The notes below the pieces were generated by a model, which saw nothing but the letters and a program-made list of their open reading frames with translations, ran no database searches and was not told the origin of the DNA. A stretch of 63,744 nt of DNA, filler included, from Chloroflexota bacterium (lineage in GTDB: Bacteria > Chloroflexota > Chloroflexia > QHBQ01), in the NCBI GenBank assembly GCA_043754535.1. It is 7 parts of 7 records of this genome, joined end to end, with 100 filler letters (N's around TTAATTAATTAA, not from the genome) between each part and the next. Parts side by side here need not be neighbours in the genome. Positions count along the whole stretch, not along the records: positions 24,830 to 36,851 come from JAYUUN010000068.1; positions 36,952 to 61,065 come from JAYUUN010000071.1; 5 more parts are not named here. One strand, written 5' to 3'. A program made the translations under genes and the position numbers. The stretch's first letter is position 1. Every line of letters starts with the position of its first letter. This document shows positions 28,974 through 39,277 of the stretch, in pieces.

Positions 28974-29980
28974 AAATTACTCCCTGCCGCAAGCGGTAAC
29001 GGCACCAACTTTTGAGGGCTGGCTGTAGAGGCTGCCGCTACTCCACTTGTGGAGTGCAATACCAATACTGGCACAGGTGAACTCGTCAGTACCTGCTTGG
29101 TGACACTGCCATGCAGCAGGCGGTTGATACCAGCCTGCCCATGTGTTGCCATCACGATCAGGTCGCAGCCTCGTTCCTGCGCCACCTGGCTGATGTGATT
29201 GGCGGACTGCCCTTCCCCCGCAACCAGGGTGTAGTGGAGATCAACTGGCAAATAGCGGTCTGCTATGTCTTCCAGGTAAATGTAGGCAGGCAGCACCTCC
29301 GCATCCGGCCCCAGTAGATATACCTCATCCTCGCTTGCGCCGTTTTGCCCAACATGATGAGCGATGTAGACCGATGCCTCGATGCCTTGCGGTTCAAGTT
29401 CCAGCAGCACAAGTTCGGCTCCAAGCTGTTGGGCGACGCTTACGGCAAGGGGCAAGGCACTCTCGGCCAGGCGGCTGCGATCGAGCGGCACCAGCAGTCG
29501 CTTGAAGCTGTACGTTGCCTCCAGCCCAGTGAGGTGGCCGTTGACGAGCAACACAGGGGTGGTGACTTGCCGTACCGTATTCATCGCCATACTGCCGAGA
29601 AGCAGGCGGGCCAAACCGCTGCGCCCATGCGTCGCCATTACTACCAGGTCGGCATCGCCCGCAAGCCTCTGGATCTCAGACCCAGTATCACCTCGGCACA
29701 GAACGACCTCCACTTGCGCCAGGCCACCTCGCCGTAGGTCAACTGCAACGCTATTCAGGTAATCTATACCCTGCTCCTGCACTGCCTGACTGCTGTACTC
29801 AGCCGGGAGTACGCCACTATCCGCGAAGACCACTTCCTCCAGTTCTACCATCGCGCCGCTACCCACCACCTCAGTGAGTGTCACGGCTGCTCCGTAGCGA
29901 CTTGCTACAGCAGCAGCCAGCGGGATCGCCCGCTCGCTCTCGCTGGAACCATCCAAAGGTACAAGGATGCGCTTGAACAT
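28874..29980 (-). CDS. Tandem-domain universal stress protein
   Basis: MFKRILVPLDGS, VMATHGRSGLARLLLGS and IVMATHGQAGINRLLHGSV; the 100-bp overlap with the next gene suggests a frameshifted tail. Confidence 0.88.
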   Translation of the reverse strand: MFKRILVPLDGSSESERAIPLAAAVASRYGAAVTLTEVVGSGAMVELEEVVFADSGVLPAEYSSQAVQEQGIDYLNSVAVDLRRGGLAQVEVVLCRGDTGSEIQRLAGDADLVVMATHGRSGLARLLLGSMAMNTVRQVTTPVLLVNGHLTGLEATYSFKRLLVPLDRSRLAESALPLAVSVAQQLGAELVLLELEPQGIEASVYIAHHVGQNGASEDEVYLLGPDAEVLPAYIYLEDIADRYLPVDLHYTLVAGEGQSANHISQVAQERGCDLIVMATHGQAGINRLLHGSVTKQVLTSSPVPVLVLHSTSGVAAASTASPQKLVPLPLAAGSNLCSSTSLCQWTDRRLVSERWGWQCYSLVGSIAP

Positions 29981-29982
29981 TG

Positions 29983-30894
29983 TTAGTCTCTTTCTCCGCA
30001 GCAGCGGGCTAATAGGGTGACGAAAAGAGCAGGCGGTAGGGCCACGCGGCTCACCCATGTATTGTCGCTCTCCTCATCAACCAAAACTGTCTCAAAGCGC
30101 AGGGCTACCAATGGGCAGGGGTGGGTCGTGCCATCATGTTCACAGATCTGGAAGTAACCACTCTCACGAGCAGCGACCGGGTAGAAATCAGGCGGGATCA
30201 CCTGGTTGAACCTGGCAGTAGCAAGATGCTGGAATATTGCTCGCCTGGAAGCAGTGGTGATCAGAATAAACTCCCCATTACCGACGTAGCCGAGGAATTT
30301 GTTGCCATCAGCAGTGACCGCCAATGCTTCACGAAGGATTTGGGCGGTACGACCGATCAACTCGTCACCTTCCAGGTAGCTGTAAGTTTCGTTGTAGGCA
30401 GCTAGATGTTCGATGTTGACATAGACAAGCACCTGTCCGGCTGTGGGGTTGTTCAGTGAGTAGAGCAGAGCTTGGCGCAGAGCCACGCCGCCAGGCAAGG
30501 CTGTCAACTGCGACCAACTACTCTCGCTGTGTTGCTGTAGCTGGACGTGTATGCGGCTGGCTAGCTCCTCCAGGTCGAACGGCTTGGTCACAAAATCGTT
30601 GGCTCCCGCAGCGTAGGCCGCTATGTGGTTCTCCCGGCTACCATCGCGGGCAAGCAAGATGATCGGCATATCCAGCAGACGGTCATCCTCACGCAGCGTC
30701 TGACAAAGCGTGTCCCCCCGCATCTCAGGCAGCTCTACGTCTACCAGGACAAGGTCGGGAAGACCGGCCAGCACAGCATCGAGTACCAATTCGCCGGAGC
30801 AGACTAGCTCAACCTGGTAGCCCTGATTGGTGAAGTGTTTGTGGATCACATTACCGAGGCACGGCTCCCCGACAAACATCAGGCGTTTACTCAT
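29983..30894 (-). CDS. Response regulator receiver + degenerate GGDEF-like domain
   Basis: PDLVLVDVELP, GANDFVTKPF, LTALPG, YNETY...GDE; active site reads GNGEF. Confidence 0.75.
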   Translation of the reverse strand: MSKRLMFVGEPCLGNVIHKHFTNQGYQVELVCSGELVLDAVLAGLPDLVLVDVELPEMRGDTLCQTLREDDRLLDMPIILLARDGSRENHIAAYAAGANDFVTKPFDLEELASRIHVQLQQHSESSWSQLTALPGGVALRQALLYSLNNPTAGQVLVYVNIEHLAAYNETYSYLEGDELIGRTAQILREALAVTADGNKFLGYVGNGEFILITTASRRAIFQHLATARFNQVIPPDFYPVAARESGYFQICEHDGTTHPCPLVALRFETVLVDEESDNTWVSRVALPPALFVTLLARCCGERD

Positions 30895-30961
30895 CTTCTT
30901 ACCCCACAACTAGCTCTGGCTCAAGTCAAGCTACCGCTTTCAACCATGCCGGGCCGCTATC

Positions 30962-31927
30962 TCACCGCCCCACTTCACTGCCAGCAACCGCAGCTACAGG
31001 CGCACCGTGCAGGAGCAGCACCGGTGCCCTTGCGCCAGCCACCACTTGCTCGCTCACGCTGCCATGTAGCAGGCGGTTAAGGCCGCTGTGGGCGGCGTGG
31101 GTCGCCATCACGATCAGGTTGCAGCGGTGTTCCCCTGCCGCCCGCAGGATCGCTGCGGCCACTTTGCCCTCATACCTAGCAATCCCGTAAGGCACATGGT
31201 CGAGCAGGTAGCTTTCTGCTACCTCGCGTAGGTACTGATAGGTGTCGTGTTCAATATCGGCAAGCAAGCTGGTTGTGTACTCAAGTGCGTACGGTGGGGC
31301 AAGCTCTACCAGCACGAACTCCCCGATCCTGTGTTCATCAGGTGTTACCCTCAGCAACAGGATGGTGCCAGCTTCTCCCACCGAGGCCAGGGCTAGAGGC
31401 AAAACCTGTTCAGCGAGAGGGGTACCGTCGAGCGGCACGAGGATGCGCCACGACTGGTCGCTGCCCTCCGTTAGGCTCATCAGCGGCTGGTGGCTGCTAA
31501 CCAGCAGCACGGGTACCCTGGTCTCGCTGATCACTGCTGCGGCCACGCTGCCAAGCACAGTGCGGGCAAGGCCGGTACGCCCGTGCGTACTCATCACTAC
31601 CAGGTCGTAATCGTTCGCCTCGGCGACGAGCAGCGTAAAGACGACCGTGCCGCACAACACGAGGGTGTGTACCTCCGCCACTCCGCTTGCCTTGAGCTGG
31701 GTACTCATTTCGCCGAGGTAGGTCTCCGCGTCGGCTAGGCCATAGTCGAACTGTTTGGTTGCGAGGGCCAAGTCAAGCGACAAGCCACCAGCGGCGGCGG
31801 CAGTGCTGCTAACCGCGTGTGCCAAGGTGATGCTGGCCTCATACTCCACTGCCATGCGGGTAGCCACCGGCAACGACCGCTCGGCGAACCGGGAACCGTC
31901 CAACGCTATCATAATGCGCTTGAACAT
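30962..31927 (-). CDS. Tandem-domain universal stress protein
   Basis: MFKRIMIALDGS, VMSTHGRTGLARTVLGSV, ILVPLDG, LLHGSV. Confidence 0.88.
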   Translation of the reverse strand: MFKRIMIALDGSRFAERSLPVATRMAVEYEASITLAHAVSSTAAAAGGLSLDLALATKQFDYGLADAETYLGEMSTQLKASGVAEVHTLVLCGTVVFTLLVAEANDYDLVVMSTHGRTGLARTVLGSVAAAVISETRVPVLLVSSHQPLMSLTEGSDQSWRILVPLDGTPLAEQVLPLALASVGEAGTILLLRVTPDEHRIGEFVLVELAPPYALEYTTSLLADIEHDTYQYLREVAESYLLDHVPYGIARYEGKVAAAILRAAGEHRCNLIVMATHAAHSGLNRLLHGSVSEQVVAGARAPVLLLHGAPVAAVAGSEVGR

Positions 31928-31992
31928 GGTTTGTTCTCCGTTTGTTCTCAAGAATGTCTCCTTCCCAGTCTAAAGGATAGAGGTTGTTTTGG

Positions 31993-32088
31993 CGGTGAAC
32001 AGAGGTTGCAGAATGGTGAATAACACAAGAGCTACGGCGATGCCTTGTTGCCAAACACTTATTCACCAAATGTTCACCGTTGTGTACC
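31993..32088. promoter_or_regulatory. Inverted pair of GGTGAA/TTCACC direct-repeat arrays between divergent genes
   Basis: GGTGAA at 31994 and 32015; TTCACC at 32062 and 32073. Confidence 0.55.
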
Positions 32089-32148
32089 GCCGTGGTAAGC
32101 AACCACAGCTAGAATTAAGGTACAAGAGAACGAGGCAGGAGACAAACG

Positions 32149-32673
32149 ATGAGCGTACCGATTGACAGGAAGCAGCTTGTTCGTCCGCTGCGTGCCGGGC
32201 TGAGGGCGATGCCCCTGCACGACGTAGCCGCTAGCGTGATAGCGGCTGTCGACCTGCTGCGACCGCTAGCGGAGGCTAGTAGTAAAAGCCTTGTTGTCGT
32301 TGCTCCCCATACTTCCTGCCCAGCGTACTTTGACGAAGCTGCTGCTCAGCAAGTGGTCGGCCAACTGGTAAGCTCGGCGACAATCCCAACCAGAGATTGT
32401 GTGGAGGCCGCCATCCGCCCTGGTCGGGACGAATACCACGTCTACCTGTGCGGAAGGTCAGCCAGCGTAGCCAACAAGACAATCGAAGCTGTCAGCCAGC
32501 CTATGCTGCGCCGCATCAGCCGCATAATCCAGCGGCAAGGCGGTTGTCTCTGGGTTGATGAGGGTGGAGCTAACACTGGGCAAGTCAGCACGTCTACCTT
32601 CAGCCTGCCCAGGCCGCAACAGCGTAGTTCGCTGCTCGGCAGCTTGCATACGACACCACTGGCAGATCGTTAA
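32149..32673 (+). CDS. Degenerate HATPase_c-like protein
   Basis: QQVVGQLVSSA (decayed N-box), ISRIIQRQGGCLWVD and STFSLP; G boxes lost; AGGAG RBS. Confidence 0.5.
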   Translation: MSVPIDRKQLVRPLRAGLRAMPLHDVAASVIAAVDLLRPLAEASSKSLVVVAPHTSCPAYFDEAAAQQVVGQLVSSATIPTRDCVEAAIRPGRDEYHVYLCGRSASVANKTIEAVSQPMLRRISRIIQRQGGCLWVDEGGANTGQVSTSTFSLPRPQQRSSLLGSLHTTPLADR

Positions 32674-32777
32674 TCGTCCACTGGGCTACTGCGTCGGTTG
32701 CTTGGCCGACAACCTCCCCTCTCGCCAGTAGCCGAGGGCGTTGAGTGTTGAATTAGTGCCTGTGAAAAGGAGTCATC

Positions 32778-33542
32778 ATGGATAGTCAGATGCACAGCAA
32801 AGTAGTGGTAGTGACCGGCGCAGGATCGGGCATTGGTCAAGCAACGGCAATCCTTTTCGCCCAGGCGGGCGCGAAGGTAGTTGTCTCCGACATCGGTACC
32901 GAACACGGCGAGGCCACCGTGAGCATGATTGAGGGGATGGGCGGTGTGGCTAGCTTCGTCCGCTGTGACGTAGCTGAGGTGGCGGCGGTAAAAGCTCTGA
33001 TCGAAACTACGATCAAGCTGCACGGGCGGCTGGACTATGCCTTCAACAACGCTGGCATTGAAGGTACGCCTGCGCTTACTGGTGCGTACCCGGAGGAGGT
33101 TTGGACACGGGTCATTGCCGTCAACCTGACTGGGGTGTACCTGTGCATGAGGTATGAACTTGAGCAGATGGCGAAGCAGGGTTACGGCGCAATCGTGAAC
33201 AATGCTTCGATCCTCGGCACGGTCGGCTTCCCCACTGCCTGTGCTTACGTCGCCGCCAAGCACGGCGTGCTGGGGCTAACCAAAACGGCAGCCGCAGAGT
33301 ACGCTGCTCAGGGCATTCGTGTCAACGCGGTGTGTCCCGGCTTCATTGAAACCCCGATGCTAGAACGTGGTGGTATTCACCAAGACCAGGCGATCTACGA
33401 CATGATCGTGAGCCGCCAACCCATTGGCCGACTGGGACGGGCCGACGAAGTAGCAAGGCTGGTGCGCTGGCTCTGCTCGGACGAGGCATCCTTTGTCACT
33501 GGTAGCAGCGTGCTGGTAGACGGTGGCTACACCACGCAGTAG
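32778..33542 (+). CDS. Classical short-chain dehydrogenase/reductase
   Basis: TGAGSGIG, NNAG, YVAAK, VNAVCPG, VDGG. Confidence 0.92.
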   Translation: MDSQMHSKVVVVTGAGSGIGQATAILFAQAGAKVVVSDIGTEHGEATVSMIEGMGGVASFVRCDVAEVAAVKALIETTIKLHGRLDYAFNNAGIEGTPALTGAYPEEVWTRVIAVNLTGVYLCMRYELEQMAKQGYGAIVNNASILGTVGFPTACAYVAAKHGVLGLTKTAAAEYAAQGIRVNAVCPGFIETPMLERGGIHQDQAIYDMIVSRQPIGRLGRADEVARLVRWLCSDEASFVTGSSVLVDGGYTTQ

Positions 33543-33560
33543 TAGCGGTCAGCAGGGTGA

Positions 33561-34082
33561 CTAACGTGCCGGTGCAGAGTCGGTGGCTTGGAGCGTAGTG
33601 GCAATCTCCCGCGCCCAGGCGCGGATTGCATCCCAGTTGCGGAAATCCCCTGTCGTCGGCTTCATCACCTTCATAAGCAAACCTTCCCAAAAGCCTAGAT
33701 CCGCCTGGTCAATCTTACCGACAAAAATCTGGTGGTCGCAGATCGACATGTCGTCGAACGAAGCAGCGAGCTTGTCAGGGTCTTGAGGTGCCTGGGAGCC
33801 TTCCTTACCCACCGGCCCGCTACTGAAAACCCACAGTGGCACCTTGGCGAGAGCGGCGCGATGCTGCTCGGCAAAGCGGCGAGCCGCTGGTAGCCAGCTC
33901 CCCAAGTAGATTGCACTGCCCAGGATCACTGCATCATATCCAGCTATATCGCCCACTGTGTCTTCGGCCTGCAAATCGTGCAGGTCTACGCTGAACTGTG
34001 CGTTGCCCAACTCCTCGGTGATGGCAGTAGCGATCTCGCGCGTGCTGCCATGTTTACTTGCCACAACAACAAGGACTCTCAT
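33561..34082 (-). CDS. Flavodoxin-domain protein (HemG-like)
   Basis: ASKHGSTREIA FMN loop, YDAVILGSAIY, GDFRNWDAIRAWA. Confidence 0.85.
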   Translation of the reverse strand: MRVLVVVASKHGSTREIATAITEELGNAQFSVDLHDLQAEDTVGDIAGYDAVILGSAIYLGSWLPAARRFAEQHRAALAKVPLWVFSSGPVGKEGSQAPQDPDKLAASFDDMSICDHQIFVGKIDQADLGFWEGLLMKVMKPTTGDFRNWDAIRAWAREIATTLQATDSAPAR

Positions 34083-34176
34083 GGTGACATCTCCTTTTTG
34101 TACTCGCAAGGTGAGCGCATCGGTAAGCCCCACCAATTTGATGATGGCACCGCCCTGTGAAAAAGCGGGTAGGGAT

Positions 34177-34256
34177 TGGTGAACAGCAGGTGAAAATAGG
34201 TGGCTACCTGGTAATTGTTACGAAACTGCCACCTATTTTCACCACTCTGTTCACCA
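34177..34256. promoter_or_regulatory. Long inverted repeat containing GGTGAA/TTCACC direct repeats
   Basis: TGGTGAACAGCAGGTGAAAATAGGTGGC ... GCCACCTATTTTCACCACTCTGTTCACCA. Confidence 0.6.
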
Positions 34257-34612
34257 GCTCTTTGTATTATAAGCGTGGGAGAGTCTCCAGTGCGGCACAA
34301 CAGCATCCGGCCTCCACTCCACCAACCCCTCCCCTTCATGCAAGCGCAGCCGCCCTGCTCCCTCCTCGCGTTGCTCCGGCTAGCAGCCTACACATGGTAG
34401 AACCGCTCCACCCTCAGCCATGCCCAGCCTCAGGTGATGAAACCGAGCTGCCAACCTTCGAGCAGCCTGAACAACCACTCACAATCGCCCCTGAGGGGAA
34501 GTTTGCTGAGGCGGCAACAGCGCGCATAAATAACTACTTGTGTTTCCTCCCCGTTTGTGCTATCATATAAACACTGATTTATTAGCCTGGTCAAATCGCT
34601 CAAGGAGCTGCT

Positions 34613-36294
34613 ATGTGCGCCACTCGCTCTAAGTCAACCTGCCTCGCGGTGCTGCTAGTCCTCGTTCCCCTCTTGTTGCTGGCTGCCTGTGCTGCGGAGC
34701 AGCCAGCTGGTACCCCAACGGTGCAAGCACTCGGTACATCGGCCATCACCACGATCAGTACCCCACCCCTACCAGCGTTGGAGATACTCAACCGCTCAGA
34801 GCAGGCTTATTATGTCAGCCTGCCATTGTCCAAGGTGAGTAGTGCCGTGTTGACCCTGACTGCTAACTCCGGCTCTGACACAGCCAAGGCTCAAACCACT
34901 AAGTACGTAACCTTCTACCAGGCTCCCGACAAATGGCGGGCTGAGTATGGGGAGGGGTTATGATTCGTGACCGCAACGGCAGCTATGACATCAATGGCGG
35001 GGCTAGTATGGGTAGTAGCTTCCTCATGTTGCTGTTCGGTACAGAGTTTGTGGGCATGGGTGAGTGCTATAAGATGGGCAGAGCAGTGGTGGCTGGAACG
35101 GGTAAGATGTCTGGTCAGCAAGCCTGGGTTGTGCGTGTACCGCCCACCGAGGAATGCCGCCAGCAGCAAGGTCTCGGCGATGCCTTGATTTGGGTGGATC
35201 AGCACACGTATATAGACTTGCGCGTGCAGATAGAAGCTACAAAGGAGGGCGTGGTTGAGGCTGGAGAGCTGTACACCACCCAGGTTGAATATGATGTGCC
35301 GCTCAACCCCGTCTTGTTTACCAAGCCGACTCCCACCCCAACCAGCGTCCCAACCCCTCTACCCACCGCCGCTACCATCCCACTGGCGGGCCTTACCGCC
35401 CAGAAAATCTTGCAGCGCAGCAACGATGTGTTTGACAACAACGCCATTGGACATAGTAACAGTACGGAACACCCAGATGTGCCGCTGCTGGTGGATGCTA
35501 TTGCATTCCTCGCCCTGACCGAGACGATCCAGAGCCGGGCTGAGGGTCTAGCAGCCAACCAGCAAGCAGCCTTGACTAGCGGCACCCATAGCTTTTACTA
35601 CAGAGCACCTAGTCAGTGGCGAAGCGAGTACAACACTGGTGAACTCATCATCGCAAATGGCAACGAAGTCAGCTATCGTGAGCGTGATGGCGCTGTGACC
35701 AGAGCCTTTATCTACTCTGACGACAACGATTTTTTCAGCCGCTTCGCCGCTCAAGACATGGCGTACTTCTTTGCCGCCCCCCGCAACTGCTACACCGATA
35801 CGTTGGTTATGACGATGACGACCAAAACCACCAGGTCACCTTATATGCCTGCTCGGCAGGGTGAAGTCAGGCACAAGGTTTGGTATCAAGCACCTAGCTA
35901 CTGGCGCACGGAAACCGAAGCCGAGGGTCAGCGCACAATCGAGCTTAACAACTCTGCCCGCCAGGGTGAGCCAAATCCATATAGCGCAAGCGATCTAGCC
36001 AGCTATCTGACGCTTGCCAGCGACTCGGCCTGCTACAAGCCACTAGTGGTGAGCAGCGAGACGACGGTTTTGGGCCGCCAGACGTGGGTGCTAAAAACCA
36101 CCAGCAACAAGCAATGTCAGTTGAGAGACTTTTATCATCCTGCCGACAAGATCACGCTCTGGATTGACCAAGCCACCCTGATCACGCTCAAGACAGAATG
36201 GCGCAACGACGATGGTAACATGGTTTTCCAGGGTGAGGTGGAGGGTATCGAGCTTAACGTGCCGTTCGACTCCTCCATCTTCACCACCAAGTAG
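34613..36294 (+). pseudogene. LolA/RseB-like fold lipoprotein, split at 34960-34963
   Basis: Lipobox LAAC; three Y.AP..WR.E motifs; (I/L)W(V/I)D..T.I.L strands; one extra G in the run before 34960 would fuse the two ORFs. Confidence 0.6.
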
Positions 36295-36316
36295 CTGTAA
36301 GCAGCTAGCCAAGCCT

Positions 36317-36346
36317 GCAACCCCTCTCCTGGCTAAAGGGGTTGTT
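36317..36346 (+). terminator. Putative terminator hairpin
   Basis: GCAACCCCT...AGGGGTTGTT after the stop. Confidence 0.45.
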
Positions 36347-36951
36347 CAACGGCGGGCTGATCCTGCAAGGGCGTTGCTTTGCGATCCAGCCGCAGCGAGC
36401 CGTTCGGTCTACACTTCCTTGAGTCGGCAGGCAACAGCGTGTCTGCTGCGCAGCGCAAGGGTGGGGGTGTTACGTGCTTACCAGGATGTGAAGGCTGCAA
36501 TCATTGAACGACTGTTGCCGGTCGGCCTGGTTTCACAATCCCCACCCCGAAGGGCAGGTGCAACGAGCGAGGGCCAGTAGCGCAGGGTGGAACGATTCCA
36601 CCCCCAGTCCAGCAGCCAGCGTTTTGTTCGTCCGCCATTCGCGGCTTGTTCGTTTTGTTTACGCCGTTTGTTCGTCGCACGTTACCGTTTTACCCCCATT
36701 TTGTGCCTGCAAGCACCCCTATATTAGCAACGCATGATGTTGAGCAGAGCCGTACTGCGCCAACGTGAGGGCTGTCCAGCAACAGAGGCAGGGGCAAGGC
36801 CGGAAGCCGCCTTGCCTACCTGCCCTTGTCGGTGAAGCAAGGTCAAGCAGANNNNNNNNNNNNNNNNNNNNNNNNNNNNNNNNNNNNNNNNNNNNTTAAT
36901 TAATTAANNNNNNNNNNNNNNNNNNNNNNNNNNNNNNNNNNNNNNNNNNNN

Positions 36952-38059
36952 CTACGCCGACCTGGAAGCAGCAGAGCGAGAGCGGCTGCCCTTCATCTCG
37001 GTGATCGTGCCAGCCCGCAATGAGGAGCGCAATCTCCCGCGCCTGCTGCCCTCGTTGCTCGCCCAAGACTACCCCGCCGACCGCTACGAGGTGCTAGTGG
37101 TAGATGACAACTCGACCGACAGCACGCCCGCTATCCTACGCAAGTTTGCCAGTGATCCACGCATCCGCCTCGTAGCGGGCGAGCCGCTGCCGGAGGGTTG
37201 GGCTGGTAAGACGCACGCCGCCTGGCAGGGGGCAGAGGCTGCCCAGACCCACAAGGGTGGTTGGCTACTCTTTACCGACGCAGATGCCGTGTTCGCCCCA
37301 GCCGCGCTTACCTCGGCCTGGCACGACGCAGACCTACACCAGACCGACCTCTACAGCATCGCACCCTTCCTGCAACTCGGCAGCTTCTGGGAGAAGGTGA
37401 TCATGCCGATTGTAGTCACCGGCATCTACGCGGTCTACGCCCCTGCGAAGGTCAACAACCCGCACAGCAAGACCGCTATCGCCAATGGTCAGTTCGTCTT
37501 CGTCAAGCGGGCAGTCTACGAGGCGGTGGGTGGCTTCGCAGCGATCAAGGCAGAGATAGTAGAGGACTTGCGCTTCGGCCAACTGGTCAAGCACCGTGGC
37601 TATCGCCTCTGGCTGTCAGAGGGGCGCAGCCTGATGCAGGTACGGATGTACACCAATTTTGCCGAGGTCTGGGAGGGGTGGAGCAAGAACGTAGCCTTCG
37701 GCGTGGCCGAAACCCCCGTGCAAGCGGTGCTGGGCGCAGCGGCAATGGGCGCGACCACGATAGTCGGCCCCGCATTGCCGCTCTACCTGAGCAACCGTCT
37801 GCTCCACAACCTACGCCGGGGCAAGGCTCAACCGGCAGACGCACTCGCCCTCGGCCAGAGCCTACTCCAGGTCGGCACCGCTGCCAGTTACCTGCGCCAG
37901 ACCCAGCGCAGCTTCGACCTGCCCCGCCGCTACCTGCTGACCGTGCCGCTCGGCGCAATAATGTTCCTGGCGATCATCATCAACTCACTCTACCGCCTGC
38001 TCAGTGGTAAGGGTGTGACCTGGAAGGGCCGAAGCTATCAGCGTAGTTTGCGAAAGTGA
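36952..38059 (+). CDS. GT2 glycosyltransferase (CruC/CrtQ-like), 5' partial
   Basis: VIVPARNEE, VVDDNSTD, GWAGK, FTDAD, ANGQF, IVED, WEGWSKN, TWKGR. Confidence 0.85.
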
Positions 38060-38132
38060 CCCGTGCAAGGGGTGGCAGCCCAGGCTAGAGCAAGGCCAAC
38101 TGCTAGCCGCACAGTAGCTAACCAACCTGCTA

Positions 38133-39260
38133 TCATGCGTAGAGACTACGCCGCCGCAGCACGAAGGCCGCCGCAGTGAAGACGACCACCACCAGCACCG
38201 CCCCCACCGCCAGATCGAGCAGGCCGCTGCTGAAGTTGAGTGTACCAGCGGTCGCCCCGATAGTGCCGTCGAACAGATAGTAAGTAGGCACCAGGTGAAC
38301 CAGCACGTTGACGATGCCAGTCGGCTGGAAGACACCGATCAGGCCGGGGATGAGAAAGACGGTGATTGCCAGTCCAGCCCAGGCGTTGAGTGACTGCGCA
38401 GTGTTGAAAATTGCGCCCAGCATCATGCCCAGCCCGCAGGCGAACAGGGTGCTGAGCAGGGCGAAGGCGATGACCAACAGGGGGTTGTCGAACAACGACC
38501 AGTTGATCGCAAAGACGATGGCCGAGATCAGCATGGCGTAGCCAACCCCCACCAACCCCTTCGCTATCACCACATCAAGCGTGCTGGCGGGCGAGGTGAG
38601 CAGCATCCGCAGCGTCTTCTTCTCCTTCTCCTCCACCAGGGTGATCGGCAGCACTTGCAGGCCAATCAGGATCGGGGTGAGCGCGAGGGTGAAGCCCGCA
38701 TAGAAGCCTGCCAGACCCTTCGGCCCACCAAACAGCTTGCTCAGTGCGCTGTTCGCCTCCTTCTCCTTATCCACCCCAAACTCCTGATAAGTCAGCTTGA
38801 AGGGCGGCTGTTGCGGCGCGAGGCTAGCGAGGTAGGCGTAGAAGCTGCTTTGGTAGCGTTGCCGCTGCAAGCTATCATCCAACTTCTTGCCATTGACGTA
38901 GAGAGCCACACCCGGCTGCTTGCCTGCCTGCATATCGGTAACCAGGTTGGCGGGCAAGACCACGCCAAAGCGGTACTCCGTGTTTGCCTTCGCCAGTTCG
39001 CGCTCCACGCTGGCTGCATCAGGAGCGTTGACGATCCTGGTTGGCGCATCCTGCCCCAGCCCCAACGTCTGGGTGACGACAATACCCGCTGGGTTGAAGG
39101 TGTAGATCGGCACCGGGTCAGAGGTAGGAGACACCTTGCTGATCAACAGGTAGAATAGGGCAAAGAAGATGGGGGAGAGTAGGCCGAGCAGTGTGCTGCG
39201 ATTACGCAACAGATCCACCACATCCTTCTGGATGATCGCGCGAATGACACGAGGATTCAT
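38133..39260 (-). CDS. ABC-2 type transporter permease
   Basis: N-terminal TM, large loop, LVEEKEKKTLRMLLTSP, 5 C-terminal TMs. Confidence 0.85.
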   Translation of the reverse strand: MNPRVIRAIIQKDVVDLLRNRSTLLGLLSPIFFALFYLLISKVSPTSDPVPIYTFNPAGIVVTQTLGLGQDAPTRIVNAPDAASVERELAKANTEYRFGVVLPANLVTDMQAGKQPGVALYVNGKKLDDSLQRQRYQSSFYAYLASLAPQQPPFKLTYQEFGVDKEKEANSALSKLFGGPKGLAGFYAGFTLALTPILIGLQVLPITLVEEKEKKTLRMLLTSPASTLDVVIAKGLVGVGYAMLISAIVFAINWSLFDNPLLVIAFALLSTLFACGLGMMLGAIFNTAQSLNAWAGLAITVFLIPGLIGVFQPTGIVNVLVHLVPTYYLFDGTIGATAGTLNFSSGLLDLAVGAVLVVVVFTAAAFVLRRRSLYA

Positions 39261-39277
39261 GATCTTTCTCCTTTAAC

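Noticed and set aside
31993..34256. Rex or CRP/FNR operators
   Set aside because: The half-sites resemble GTGAA/TTCAC but are never arranged as TTGTGAA-N4-TTCACAA or TGTGA-N6-TCACA; they occur as 11-bp direct repeats.
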